This document shows positions 18,503 to 27,843 of a stretch of DNA of 55,561 bases, in pieces (within the stretch, counting starts at the first letter, position 1; every line of letters begins with the position of its first letter). The stretch is from a virus (lineage: Duplodnaviria > Caudoviricetes). Below the pieces are notes generated by a model. The model did no database searches. It saw nothing but the letters and a program-made list of their open reading frames with translations, and was not told the origin of the DNA. The stretch spans positions 1 to 55,561 of the IMG/VR virus record IMGVR_UViG_3300025112_006453. One strand, written 5' to 3'. The translations under genes were made by a program, and so were the position numbers.

Positions 18503-19711
18503 ATGGCCAGCGAAATTGATAATATTCTAGCAAATTTGGGCGCCACAAATTCGACGGGGAGAGCCACAGGTTATGACGAGCTTCAAATTGGTGTTTCTCA
18601 AATTGATACTCGATTTGAATCTACCTTTGATATAATCCGAAAAGCCGCGCTGGTTGAAAATACACCCCATATTTTCGGAAAGTCTGATACTTGTGAGGCT
18701 ATAGTACTTCGATCGGAGGGCGACACGGCTGCCCCGTCGACCGGCGGTGGCGCCGCCCTCATTGCCTATTGCAAAATAATAAATTCCCACCACACCACTC
18801 TATTGCCGGATCCAACAACTTTAGATCCAACGGACTTTCTTAGTCAAGCCCTTATTTCTGCATTCCCAAAGTTTCGTTATTCTGCGGTCGACCTAATGGG
18901 AGTTCTCCCCCCGGGGACAAAGGTAAATGTCACTTTTGATCCGGGCTCCCTACAAGGCGGTACTATTAATTTGCCAGGCGCGCCTGCCTGTATTGATGTT
19001 TGTCCAACCGGCTCCGCCTCTTTTCCGGGCGCGCTGGGCGCCTTCGCTGGCGGCGCCCCCGGCGCCTTCTTCCGGTTGCCCCCGGGCAGCCACGATGTCG
19101 GTCTTTTATTTGGAGACAGTCAATCAGACGGGGGAAGCACACTCGGAGGACATTTACCTAAAGAACTTAAGGAGAAGGGTGTTGAATTGAAGGTGGAAGC
19201 GAAATATGGCAAGGGGCTTATAAGCGGGAAGGAACATTGGGATATTGAGAACCCTGCCGGCATCGCCCAAAAAGCATTGGCAGCTGCCCGTCCGGGCTTT
19301 GTTATAGTCGAACTGGGAGGCAACGATTCGTATTGGGTGGGCTCCGGTAATTCAACTGAGAAACAAACTAGATATGCTCAAACTATTCAAAAATGGGTAT
19401 CAACTATTCAATCATATGGGGTTAAAGCAATTATTTGGTTCGGCCCCTCCAAAGCCACCAAAATTGGCTCAAACGGTACCCCCTATGATAGCTTGCGCCA
19501 AAACGTTCGCAATTGGCAGCAGGAGATTCTCGGCAACATGTCGGGGGTGACTTGGCACGATACGGTGCCTTATACTGAAGGCTTACCGATGAAAACTGAT
19601 GGTGTGCACTTTATAGGGTCTTCTTATAAAGAGTGGGCCAATAGGCTGGTACAACTAGGCGCCCCCCTAGGCGGCCTTAAATCCAGCACCAACGCAGGAG
19701 CAACAAGATAA
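18503..19711 (+). CDS. Shared N-terminal domain + SGNH/GDSL hydrolase (esterase)
   Basis: Block I FGDSQ, block III ELGGND and block V DGVH. AAGGAGGT Shine-Dalgarno. Confidence 0.85.
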   Translation: MASEIDNILANLGATNSTGRATGYDELQIGVSQIDTRFESTFDIIRKAALVENTPHIFGKSDTCEAIVLRSEGDTAAPSTGGGAALIAYCKIINSHHTTLLPDPTTLDPTDFLSQALISAFPKFRYSAVDLMGVLPPGTKVNVTFDPGSLQGGTINLPGAPACIDVCPTGSASFPGALGAFAGGAPGAFFRLPPGSHDVGLLFGDSQSDGGSTLGGHLPKELKEKGVELKVEAKYGKGLISGKEHWDIENPAGIAQKALAAARPGFVIVELGGNDSYWVGSGNSTEKQTRYAQTIQKWVSTIQSYGVKAIIWFGPSKATKIGSNGTPYDSLRQNVRNWQQEILGNMSGVTWHDTVPYTEGLPMKTDGVHFIGSSYKEWANRLVQLGAPLGGLKSSTNAGATR

Positions 19712-19713
19712 AC

Positions 19714-20664
19714 ATGTCATCTAAAAAATATCTTAAGTACGTTCTTCCTAAAGTAGAGCCTCCTTCTGTTGACATTCGCAATCCACGAAACCCAAAAGAA
19801 GGCCTGGGTCTTAGAAGTTTCTATGATTATGCCGGTGTTGGTTGCGCACCAACTTTGAAGCCACCTCCTTTAAGAAATATAGCTCCTGCTGAAAAACTTT
19901 TGCAGGGCGAGACAAATGCCACTATTTGTTTAGGTGTTGATAGACCATCAGGCAGGGCCACTGGTTACGGCGGTAAAGGCGTCACAGGCGCGGGCGCTGT
20001 AGATATTTGTGCCGGCAACATGGGAGGCTATGAAAGGAGTCATGGTTCTGGCCCTTTGTATAGTGATCCCAGTTATGTTATCGACGCCGCACGCTTCACG
20101 CTTAGTCAAAAATCCGACCCTGATGATAATCTTTTATTGCCCAAAGGAAAAGTGGGAACCGTTACGGGACTGTCGTCTGCCGTATTAAAGGCAGACGCGG
20201 TTCGCATGGTAGCACGAGATGGCGGGATGAAATTAGTAACGGGAGTGGATAACCGAAATTCACAAACTCATAAAATATTGAAAACTCCCGGGATTGATCT
20301 AATAGCCGGGGGCGACGATCAGGGTCTTCAAAAGATGGTGCTAGGAGAAAACTTAGTAGGAGCGCTTACCGAGATGCAGAGCGATGTAGATGATCTTAGA
20401 GAAGCAGTTACTTCTTTTCTAAAATATCAAAGAGGCTTCAACGACAAGATTATATCGCACAATCACCATTCTCCTTTCTTCGGGCTGGTGGGGGCCCCGT
20501 CAATTAATTTGATATTCGAAGGAATAAAAGCAACATTTCAGTTGACCGCGGAGACGGAAACTTCTCTTCTTTTCTCGGGGATCAATAAAACAATGTCTAA
20601 AAATTCATATTTTAATCCAATAGCGGAAAAATATATACTAAGTGCGTTGAACCATAATAACTAA
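19714..20664 (+). CDS. Putative baseplate central spike protein (gp5 C-terminal-like)
   Basis: Gly-rich short beta-strand segments, VLGENL, a helical segment and then HNHH (HxH, the spike-tip metal motif). It lies between the OB-fold paralogues and gp25. Confidence 0.55.
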   Translation: MSSKKYLKYVLPKVEPPSVDIRNPRNPKEGLGLRSFYDYAGVGCAPTLKPPPLRNIAPAEKLLQGETNATICLGVDRPSGRATGYGGKGVTGAGAVDICAGNMGGYERSHGSGPLYSDPSYVIDAARFTLSQKSDPDDNLLLPKGKVGTVTGLSSAVLKADAVRMVARDGGMKLVTGVDNRNSQTHKILKTPGIDLIAGGDDQGLQKMVLGENLVGALTEMQSDVDDLREAVTSFLKYQRGFNDKIISHNHHSPFFGLVGAPSINLIFEGIKATFQLTAETETSLLFSGINKTMSKNSYFNPIAEKYILSALNHNN

Positions 20665-20666
20665 AA

Positions 20667-23600
20667 ATGACTACTTTGACAAAAAGAAATTGGTATGCGA
20701 GAAAGGTCAATAGACCTTATAAAGATGATGATAACTATTATCTTAATGTATACTCTCCTATTATAGAGCGAGGTCTCGCCGATCCCGAAAACGCTGCCTC
20801 GGCCTCTGAATATGTGGACTCTGAACTACAAACATCTGCTTTAAATTCTATATTGTCCTATTATGGTAAACGGCAGACGTCTGCAGAGTACCGTGCCTCA
20901 CTCGACCCGGTGCCCCCGCCCCTAACCCTACAAATAAAGAATATATATTTTCCCAAGAGGGCATTAGTAAATCCGATTGTACTTTTGGCTCTTCCTAAAG
21001 AGCAAATGGAAAATCCCGAACTTATACGGGACTTGGCGCCCCCTGAAATCAACCAGTCCGAGGTAGCACCCGGAGGCCTTGAAAACATTCAAGTAGATCA
21101 AATAAAGCCTTTTCTTGCGCACATAGACACGGCATTCAAGATATATCAACAGCAACTACAATATTTTAATGGATCCATTACTCCTCGTATTAATTTTCTT
21201 GGTCTTTCAAGTAAAGTAAAAGCTTTCTTTGATAACTTAGAAAACTTTATTTCATTTAATGGTTATGACCTTAAAAAATATCAAACAGTAAATTTAGGAT
21301 TTAATGAAGATTTTAAAGTAGTATATGTAAGGCTAAATCTAAAGCCCGGTAGTCCAAGTCCCCCCGAAGCAATCGAAGCCGAGTCGGGGATGGCCGGGGT
21401 GTACATGCCTTTGGGCTCCTCACAAAAAACTCCAAAAATGGTGGTAATGCCCACCAAAGGCCTTTCCTATTATTTTGATGAGCTGCCAGCCGGAAAGAAT
21501 ACGATGGTTAACCAGCTGGTTTCCCAAATGACGAATATTTTTATGGTACGCAGGAGTCAAATTAATTGGACTCAATTTGCGAAGCAGTTTATGCCACAGA
21601 TTGTGGTAAATCATTTTGGGCGCCCGAAGACTCCCGACGTTGTGAGTGAGGCCCGGGCCGCCACCGCTGATGGGGACGCCGGCCCCTTGGGCACCACCGC
21701 GCTACTTCAACAAGATCTGAATAATTATTTTTCAGACGTCAATATTATCTGGAGAGGCTTCCAGGAAGCACGTAAAAAAGATGAAAAAGCTGAAAAATCG
21801 TTGCAGCAACGATTAGGCGATATCACAAAAGATATTCAGAATGCCGGCGAAGAAATGAACAAGGTTTCTGAATTTTTGGGTAAATATAGAATTACTTCTC
21901 TTATTGAGGCCGCCTTAGAGTGTTTGTTATTCAAAATAGGATATAGAGGCGAGATGCCTGCATTTATTCCTGGCATAGACCCGTTTGACCCGACACCTCC
22001 TCGTCTTCTATTGAAATTCCCAGCGATTGAATTAAAATTTCCGATTATTAAGATTAACAAGGAGATGCTGGCTGAAATAGAGGAAGGCTTAAAGCGCGCA
22101 GCTATGAGCGCACTTTTCGGAATCATCGAAGCCATTGCTGATATAATTAGAGAACTTTGTCTTAAAGATGACCATCCCGACGAGTCCACACGGCCGTTAC
22201 AGGATGCTATTGATAACTTTTTAAGCCCGATAGCCCCTCCGGGCGGCGCTAGAAATTGTTATAATGATTATAATTTAACAATTTCGGAGGCCGAGATGTT
22301 TCTTAACTTCTTGGCAAACCAAATAACAGATAAAGAGACCTGTGATTTGGTCAATGGCTATCCTTCAAACGATGTCTTACAGATTATTAGAAGTGTTTTG
22401 GCATATCCTGAGTTGTCTGCCGCTGCAGCTGCTTTGCCGGACGACGATACAGTTAGAGAGTTTTTTATATGCTTGGGAAGTTTTTTGGATCCTAGCTATT
22501 GCGAGGGCGTTTATAATGTGCAGCCTAATCTTACTGCCATCGACCCTTGCGAAATTGAAGACCAGTTAGCAGAGAATCCGGCGTTCCAAGAAATACTTAA
22601 TTTGTTAAATGAAGTGGCGGACTTGACACCAGATATGTCTTGTGGGGGGGGCATCGTCCCTGCGATGGCCGACGTGGCATCTTATAATTATGCTGTCACA
22701 ACATTAATCGATTCAATTCTGCAGCCGTCGCAACAGTTTTTTATTACTGACTTGGGAAATTATAAAGCAATCATAATGAAGCCGGATCCATACAATGAAG
22801 CCAACCAAGCCCGGCTGGACGAAATTAGGGTATTGTCGGGATCTCTCAATCCTCCTAGAGATAATCCTTCCGATACCGGAGGCGGCAAGAAGTTTCTAAA
22901 AGATCTTATACCCGAACAGGTGATCGAGAATTTTGGGGAAGATAGTGAATTTGGACGACTTGGAGCGAGGCTTAAAGCTCTTGCTGATCGTCCCATGGAG
23001 CAAAGATTAGCAGATCTCCAGGCGTCTGTGGTATATGCCGTAGCTCCCGAAACTCGACGATTTTATCAGAATATTGAAGACAATTTCGTGACAAGTAAAC
23101 TATTTGAGCCCGGCCCAAACGTCGGCGATGAACTGGACAGCTGGGAAGCTTCGAAGCGTTATTCGTTTTTAACTAATATTCCTCTCCCACTTGTCGCTAA
23201 ACCTGCCGGCCTATATGACGATTATGGGAAATCGATTGTCTATAGTCTAGATGCGCGCAGAGGGCAATTCGACATCACCCCCAACCCGGATCGAATTCAT
23301 ATTTTTGATGACGTGGTGGGAACGCCAAATGCTGAGATAGATGCTTTGCTCTCGCTTCCTAACCAGCTCGATCTCTTCCCCGGGCTGGAAGAAAATGCTT
23401 CTACGATAGCTTATTATCGTCAACAAGAAGCCAAAGAATTTGGTTCAACAATGACGAGCGCCGCGGCAACGCTTTTTGATTCCTCTCCTAATTTAGATAC
23501 TTATTTTATTCGAAAAGCATATCCGGCTGTTTATTTTTCGCTAATTAATATGTTTGCCTATCAGATAGGCAATTCAGAACTTTTTGATGCCAAAGCAATG

Positions 23601-26600
23601 AGTGCTTTGAGTTTGTTCCCTAAATTTTGTCACGACGGGCGCCAGGCGGATGCCGATCTTTTTGATGCCAACCAGATTAAGAGAGAGGCGTTACAAGAGT
23701 TTGTCGACAATTCTTGCACAGATAGACAAACAGAACTGGGCCCAGTCCGAGACGCGGGCATTTTAGCCTTAGTTAGTGCATATTTGCAGGTTTTGGTCGT
23801 GGACTTAATGCTTAAAAATATTTTTGTTATTAATGAGTTTGGTGCTGATTTCCTGACAGACGCTTCCGAGATTGTGAATGAACTTTTTTCACAAGCATCT
23901 ACTGGCCGAGACACCTCGGCTTATTTGATATCAGACTATGCGCGCATTCCATCAATTGTTAGAAAAGGTGCAGCCCTGGCGGTGAGAAAACTTATTGATA
24001 GAGATCCGGTGGGTTTCAATAGTACAGGATATCCAATTAGTGGCCCGTCACAAGAAATTGAAGATCTTATTGTAAATAATGGATTGATAATACCCGTATT
24101 CCAAACGGCCGGCTTCATCAATCCACTTACAGGCGAGTACACTCCCCCGGAAAATCCTCAAACCTCCACCCCTCCTCTTGAAACACAACTCAAAGCTTTT
24201 GATGCATCTAAGGTGCACCTTGATAATGAGTCTATGCAAAAGGTTGCTATTCGTTATCTTTTTGAAAAGCGACTACTGGGAACGCAAAACACTATAAAAG
24301 AGTATTTCAAGGTGGAGGGAACGAATGTGATAGAAAACTATCTTTTACATGGAATTCCTCACGTTGAAATACCAGTGTTTGATCAGGAGTTCCGCGAAAG
24401 CGCAGGCCTGCCCCGCACGGCGGAATTTGATACTTTGACCCACGAGAATGATAGCACCGTCCAGGTAAGAACAGTCCGCAGCGCGATGGATCACCCGCCG
24501 ACGACTTGGTTTGAACAGCTTGGATATTTTAGCGGCGGATCCACCAGGGAGGAACGACGTTATGAAATGAATTCTATAATGAATTATGGTGGACTTGTAG
24601 CTGAAAAATATATGCTTGTTGAATATAATGCGCCCGCGTATCAAGAGTTTCTTACAAACATAGAAGGCACTCTTCTAGGCTCTCTAGGCGACCAGCTAGC
24701 TCAATTCGGCACCATAATGGAGCGTCAGGAGGGGCTCGTAGCGATGTCATATGCTGATGTGGAAGATCCCTCCTCGACAATGAAGTATTATATCAGCTTC
24801 GACTTTTTTAAGTCGGCCTTTAAAATTTTATTTGATGCAATGCAATTGCAACGCGGCGGCGTCTTTCCGATTCCGTTTGCCCTTCGAGGAAATACCGCCT
24901 ACCAAATCGACCGCAACGTGTTCTCTCACAACAGCACCAACCAGAATGCCAATGATGAGGCCGCGAAGACCCCGTGCCAGGACAACTATAATTTCGGCAG
25001 CCTCAATGATCATGATACTAAAAATTTATATATCCAACTCAGTCCGGCGGGCTCTGAGTGGGGCCTAGGGGACGATGGAAGCGATCCTTACAAGCTGTCA
25101 GATTATGCTCTCATTCGAGGATGGGTTAGAGATATTCAAAGAGGCAATCGGCCTGCTTTCTTGTCTGATGTCCCGGACGACCGCATGTGGCGCGTCCGCT
25201 GCAAGTATGGCGACGACTGGGAAACCATCTGGAGGGAGCGGGGCAACCCGCCTATAAGAGAACTACGCTCACCCCGATCGACCTTCGCAAATGGTAAGTT
25301 TCGTTGGAACCCCATACCCGCCGGCGGGTATGGATCCACGCCCGGCGAGGAAGACGACTACCTGTACAACTGGCCTACGCCCTCGTGGGTCGCGAATCAC
25401 GGCTACGCCTATGCGCCGGAGGCCTTCGGAATTTTTAAGAGCATGGCCATTCAAGGATTAATAAATAAAAGGGCGCAGCACGGCCCCGGCCCCCACGACG
25501 GCTCGCCCACGGGCGATTCGCTCGGCGGCGTACTGTTGGGCACGGCTGCCCCCCGGCATTCGACGGACATCCTGGAAGACGCTTTTCAGAACGACCTCGC
25601 CCGAGGCGAGACCGGCTTCGGCATGGCCCTATTTGAATCAGAAAGTTTTATGATAGTTGTTCGTCTAGAAAAAAATTGGTGGAACATGACCAATGAAGCC
25701 CGAACTCATGATGATTACCAACAGGATGACGTACCTTACAGCAGCATATATTTATATTTGGTTCTCAAGTCAAGAGACCAAATGGACGAAACGACGAACA
25801 GTAATTTTCTCCGAGCTTCAGAGACCTCAAGCAAAACGTTTTATGCTCCTTTCCTCGACTTCGAGAACTCCATGGCCTCCGGGGGCTCAGCTGACGAGTA
25901 TCGAGAGAATTTTGAGATTATGATGACACTATTTGACACGTATAGAACACAAGAAGATTTATTTGATGGAATAGCGGAATTTCATGCCAACACAATGGAC
26001 TTAAGCAGTGCAGGTTCACCGTCAGGCACCGGCAGCCTAAGCCCCACCGTCGAGGAGCACTTGCCCGATTCCACTCCTCCCCCTGAGTTCACTGGCCTCG
26101 CCGCGATTTTTTCAAGTATATTTCCTTCTATTGAGATGGGCATGAGGCTTTCTTATATAACTCCAAAGCTAGAGACCATAAATGAAATGAACGACATAGT
26201 CGAACTCTTCGGAACCTCCGGAGTACAACATCATGAAAATATAATGAAACAATATAAATCTTATTATATGTATGGCCCTATGGGTGAGTCTGGGAAGTAC
26301 TTCGCCAACATGGCGACTAATAAAAAAGCTTCTAGACCGATAACAGATAATCTTTTTTCACAAAAGTTCCAAGATTTTGTTATGCAAAATGGTACTGTTA
26401 ATGGGTTTTCTAGATATGTTGATTTTATATTTAATGAGACAAAGCCGGCGTCCTGGATTCAGACCTCCTTGCCAGGCGAAGAACCGGCCTTTACGGACAT
26501 TCCAGAACAACCGAGCGTTAAGTTAGAAGTTGCAAGAATGCTTGCAGCTCAAACTCAACAGCTTTTCGGCCCTGGTGAGGTCGTAGATGTTGGAAAAATC

Positions 26601-27401
26601 CTTCAATATCTTTATATTACGGGGGAGATAAAGAACTACTATACTCTTTTCCAAAATGAGGAGATTTTTGCAGATACAAAGCATAGCTTGCTCCTGGCTA
26701 TTCAAGCTGCGTTTGCTGGTGATGACTATACGGCGACGTCGGCCTGCGACCAGAGTGCCCTCCAGGCACAAGTCCAGAGCGGCATAAGCTCTGCCCTAAC
26801 ACCGTTTGCTAACATGGGGCAGTCCTTTATAAATAAGATGCTGGATGAGACCCCAAAACACCTTATTAAGGGGATTGCAGAAATGATAGAACCACATGTT
26901 ATTTTAGCTAAATTCATTAAAGATACAACTGGCCAAGTTTTTCAAGGAATGGAGCAGGCCCAAAGTATAGCAAATATGGCTATGGGTCTTGCTTCTGGGC
27001 TAGCGGCCGGCCAAGAACTGGGATTCGGCGGCGGCGTAGATGGAGCTTGTAATGAGAATCCAACTGAAGAAGAACTCGCCCAGGCCATCCCCCCCATCCC
27101 CGCTAATCTTCCGATGACCCTCGAAGGGGTCATGGCTGCAATTCAAGCAAAAATTGATCAAGCGTTTCCTGCTGTGGATCCACTCACTGGCGGCGACTTC
27201 CCTGAGGTTCTCAAGCCACAAGTTTCTGTAAAGGGCTTAGATTTATTGGGATCCCTTCCTTATACTTTTGCGCTGCCCCCCCTTACTCCAATCGGGATGA
27301 TATATTTGCTTTTAAGATTAGGCGATTGGCCAGAGCTTCCCGATCTCGAAACCGATTGTCGAGAAGAAGCTGCAACGTGGCCACCAAATGAGGAAGAGTA
27401 A
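20667..27401 (+). CDS. Very large (2244 aa) hypothetical protein, probably virion/baseplate-associated
   Basis: Uninterrupted ORF inside the baseplate module; no recognisable motif. Confidence 0.75.
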   Translation: MTTLTKRNWYARKVNRPYKDDDNYYLNVYSPIIERGLADPENAASASEYVDSELQTSALNSILSYYGKRQTSAEYRASLDPVPPPLTLQIKNIYFPKRALVNPIVLLALPKEQMENPELIRDLAPPEINQSEVAPGGLENIQVDQIKPFLAHIDTAFKIYQQQLQYFNGSITPRINFLGLSSKVKAFFDNLENFISFNGYDLKKYQTVNLGFNEDFKVVYVRLNLKPGSPSPPEAIEAESGMAGVYMPLGSSQKTPKMVVMPTKGLSYYFDELPAGKNTMVNQLVSQMTNIFMVRRSQINWTQFAKQFMPQIVVNHFGRPKTPDVVSEARAATADGDAGPLGTTALLQQDLNNYFSDVNIIWRGFQEARKKDEKAEKSLQQRLGDITKDIQNAGEEMNKVSEFLGKYRITSLIEAALECLLFKIGYRGEMPAFIPGIDPFDPTPPRLLLKFPAIELKFPIIKINKEMLAEIEEGLKRAAMSALFGIIEAIADIIRELCLKDDHPDESTRPLQDAIDNFLSPIAPPGGARNCYNDYNLTISEAEMFLNFLANQITDKETCDLVNGYPSNDVLQIIRSVLAYPELSAAAAALPDDDTVREFFICLGSFLDPSYCEGVYNVQPNLTAIDPCEIEDQLAENPAFQEILNLLNEVADLTPDMSCGGGIVPAMADVASYNYAVTTLIDSILQPSQQFFITDLGNYKAIIMKPDPYNEANQARLDEIRVLSGSLNPPRDNPSDTGGGKKFLKDLIPEQVIENFGEDSEFGRLGARLKALADRPMEQRLADLQASVVYAVAPETRRFYQNIEDNFVTSKLFEPGPNVGDELDSWEASKRYSFLTNIPLPLVAKPAGLYDDYGKSIVYSLDARRGQFDITPNPDRIHIFDDVVGTPNAEIDALLSLPNQLDLFPGLEENASTIAYYRQQEAKEFGSTMTSAAATLFDSSPNLDTYFIRKAYPAVYFSLINMFAYQIGNSELFDAKAMSALSLFPKFCHDGRQADADLFDANQIKREALQEFVDNSCTDRQTELGPVRDAGILALVSAYLQVLVVDLMLKNIFVINEFGADFLTDASEIVNELFSQASTGRDTSAYLISDYARIPSIVRKGAALAVRKLIDRDPVGFNSTGYPISGPSQEIEDLIVNNGLIIPVFQTAGFINPLTGEYTPPENPQTSTPPLETQLKAFDASKVHLDNESMQKVAIRYLFEKRLLGTQNTIKEYFKVEGTNVIENYLLHGIPHVEIPVFDQEFRESAGLPRTAEFDTLTHENDSTVQVRTVRSAMDHPPTTWFEQLGYFSGGSTREERRYEMNSIMNYGGLVAEKYMLVEYNAPAYQEFLTNIEGTLLGSLGDQLAQFGTIMERQEGLVAMSYADVEDPSSTMKYYISFDFFKSAFKILFDAMQLQRGGVFPIPFALRGNTAYQIDRNVFSHNSTNQNANDEAAKTPCQDNYNFGSLNDHDTKNLYIQLSPAGSEWGLGDDGSDPYKLSDYALIRGWVRDIQRGNRPAFLSDVPDDRMWRVRCKYGDDWETIWRERGNPPIRELRSPRSTFANGKFRWNPIPAGGYGSTPGEEDDYLYNWPTPSWVANHGYAYAPEAFGIFKSMAIQGLINKRAQHGPGPHDGSPTGDSLGGVLLGTAAPRHSTDILEDAFQNDLARGETGFGMALFESESFMIVVRLEKNWWNMTNEARTHDDYQQDDVPYSSIYLYLVLKSRDQMDETTNSNFLRASETSSKTFYAPFLDFENSMASGGSADEYRENFEIMMTLFDTYRTQEDLFDGIAEFHANTMDLSSAGSPSGTGSLSPTVEEHLPDSTPPPEFTGLAAIFSSIFPSIEMGMRLSYITPKLETINEMNDIVELFGTSGVQHHENIMKQYKSYYMYGPMGESGKYFANMATNKKASRPITDNLFSQKFQDFVMQNGTVNGFSRYVDFIFNETKPASWIQTSLPGEEPAFTDIPEQPSVKLEVARMLAAQTQQLFGPGEVVDVGKILQYLYITGEIKNYYTLFQNEEIFADTKHSLLLAIQAAFAGDDYTATSACDQSALQAQVQSGISSALTPFANMGQSFINKMLDETPKHLIKGIAEMIEPHVILAKFIKDTTGQVFQGMEQAQSIANMAMGLASGLAAGQELGFGGGVDGACNENPTEEELAQAIPPIPANLPMTLEGVMAAIQAKIDQAFPAVDPLTGGDFPEVLKPQVSVKGLDLLGSLPYTFALPPLTPIGMIYLLLRLGDWPELPDLETDCREEAATWPPNEEE

Positions 27402-27413
27402 TTGACTGAGGAG

Positions 27414-27421
27414 ACTAATTA
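27414..27421 (+). promoter_or_regulatory. Candidate late-promoter motif ACTAATTA
   Basis: Intergenic, about 18 nt before the gp25-like ATG. It resembles ACTATTTA at 49238 and 54192. Confidence 0.35.
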
Positions 27422-27439
27422 CAATTAACGGGGTACACC

Positions 27440-27832
27440 ATGATTGGATATTCACCAAAATTTCCATTATTAATAAACGATAAGCTTGGCGCTTATGCAA
27501 TAAACGTTACTCTAAGGCAAGTTGCAGTACAAAACTTTAAGAATCTACTTTTAACTTCTCCTGGTGAAAGAATAATGGATGCAAATTTTGGTGTAGGGTT
27601 AAAACACTATTTGTTCGAACAAAATACACAATTTCTAAAGGGGGAGATTGCAAGGAGAATTCAGGATCAAGTAGAAAAATATATGAGTTTTCTTAGTATA
27701 AATTCAATTAACTTTAATTTAGGAGTCACCGAACCAGATGATGGGCTGCTTTTGAATGTTAGTGTAAATTTTTCAATCCCTAGAAGCGGGCCCGCTACTG
27801 TTGGGATTGGCACTACCACAAATAACTTATAG
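27440..27832 (+). CDS. Baseplate wedge subunit, gp25/GPW-like
   Basis: QNFKNLLLTSPGERIMDANFGVGLKHYLFE signature. Confidence 0.92.
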   Translation: MIGYSPKFPLLINDKLGAYAINVTLRQVAVQNFKNLLLTSPGERIMDANFGVGLKHYLFEQNTQFLKGEIARRIQDQVEKYMSFLSINSINFNLGVTEPDDGLLLNVSVNFSIPRSGPATVGIGTTTNNL

Positions 27833-27843
27833 GATAATGGACT

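Noticed and set aside
15713-18885. Near-identical repeats as a diversity-generating retroelement TR/VR pair
   Set aside because: There is no reverse transcriptase in the window, the mismatches are not adenine-specific, and all copies lie in N-terminal coding regions of paralogues.
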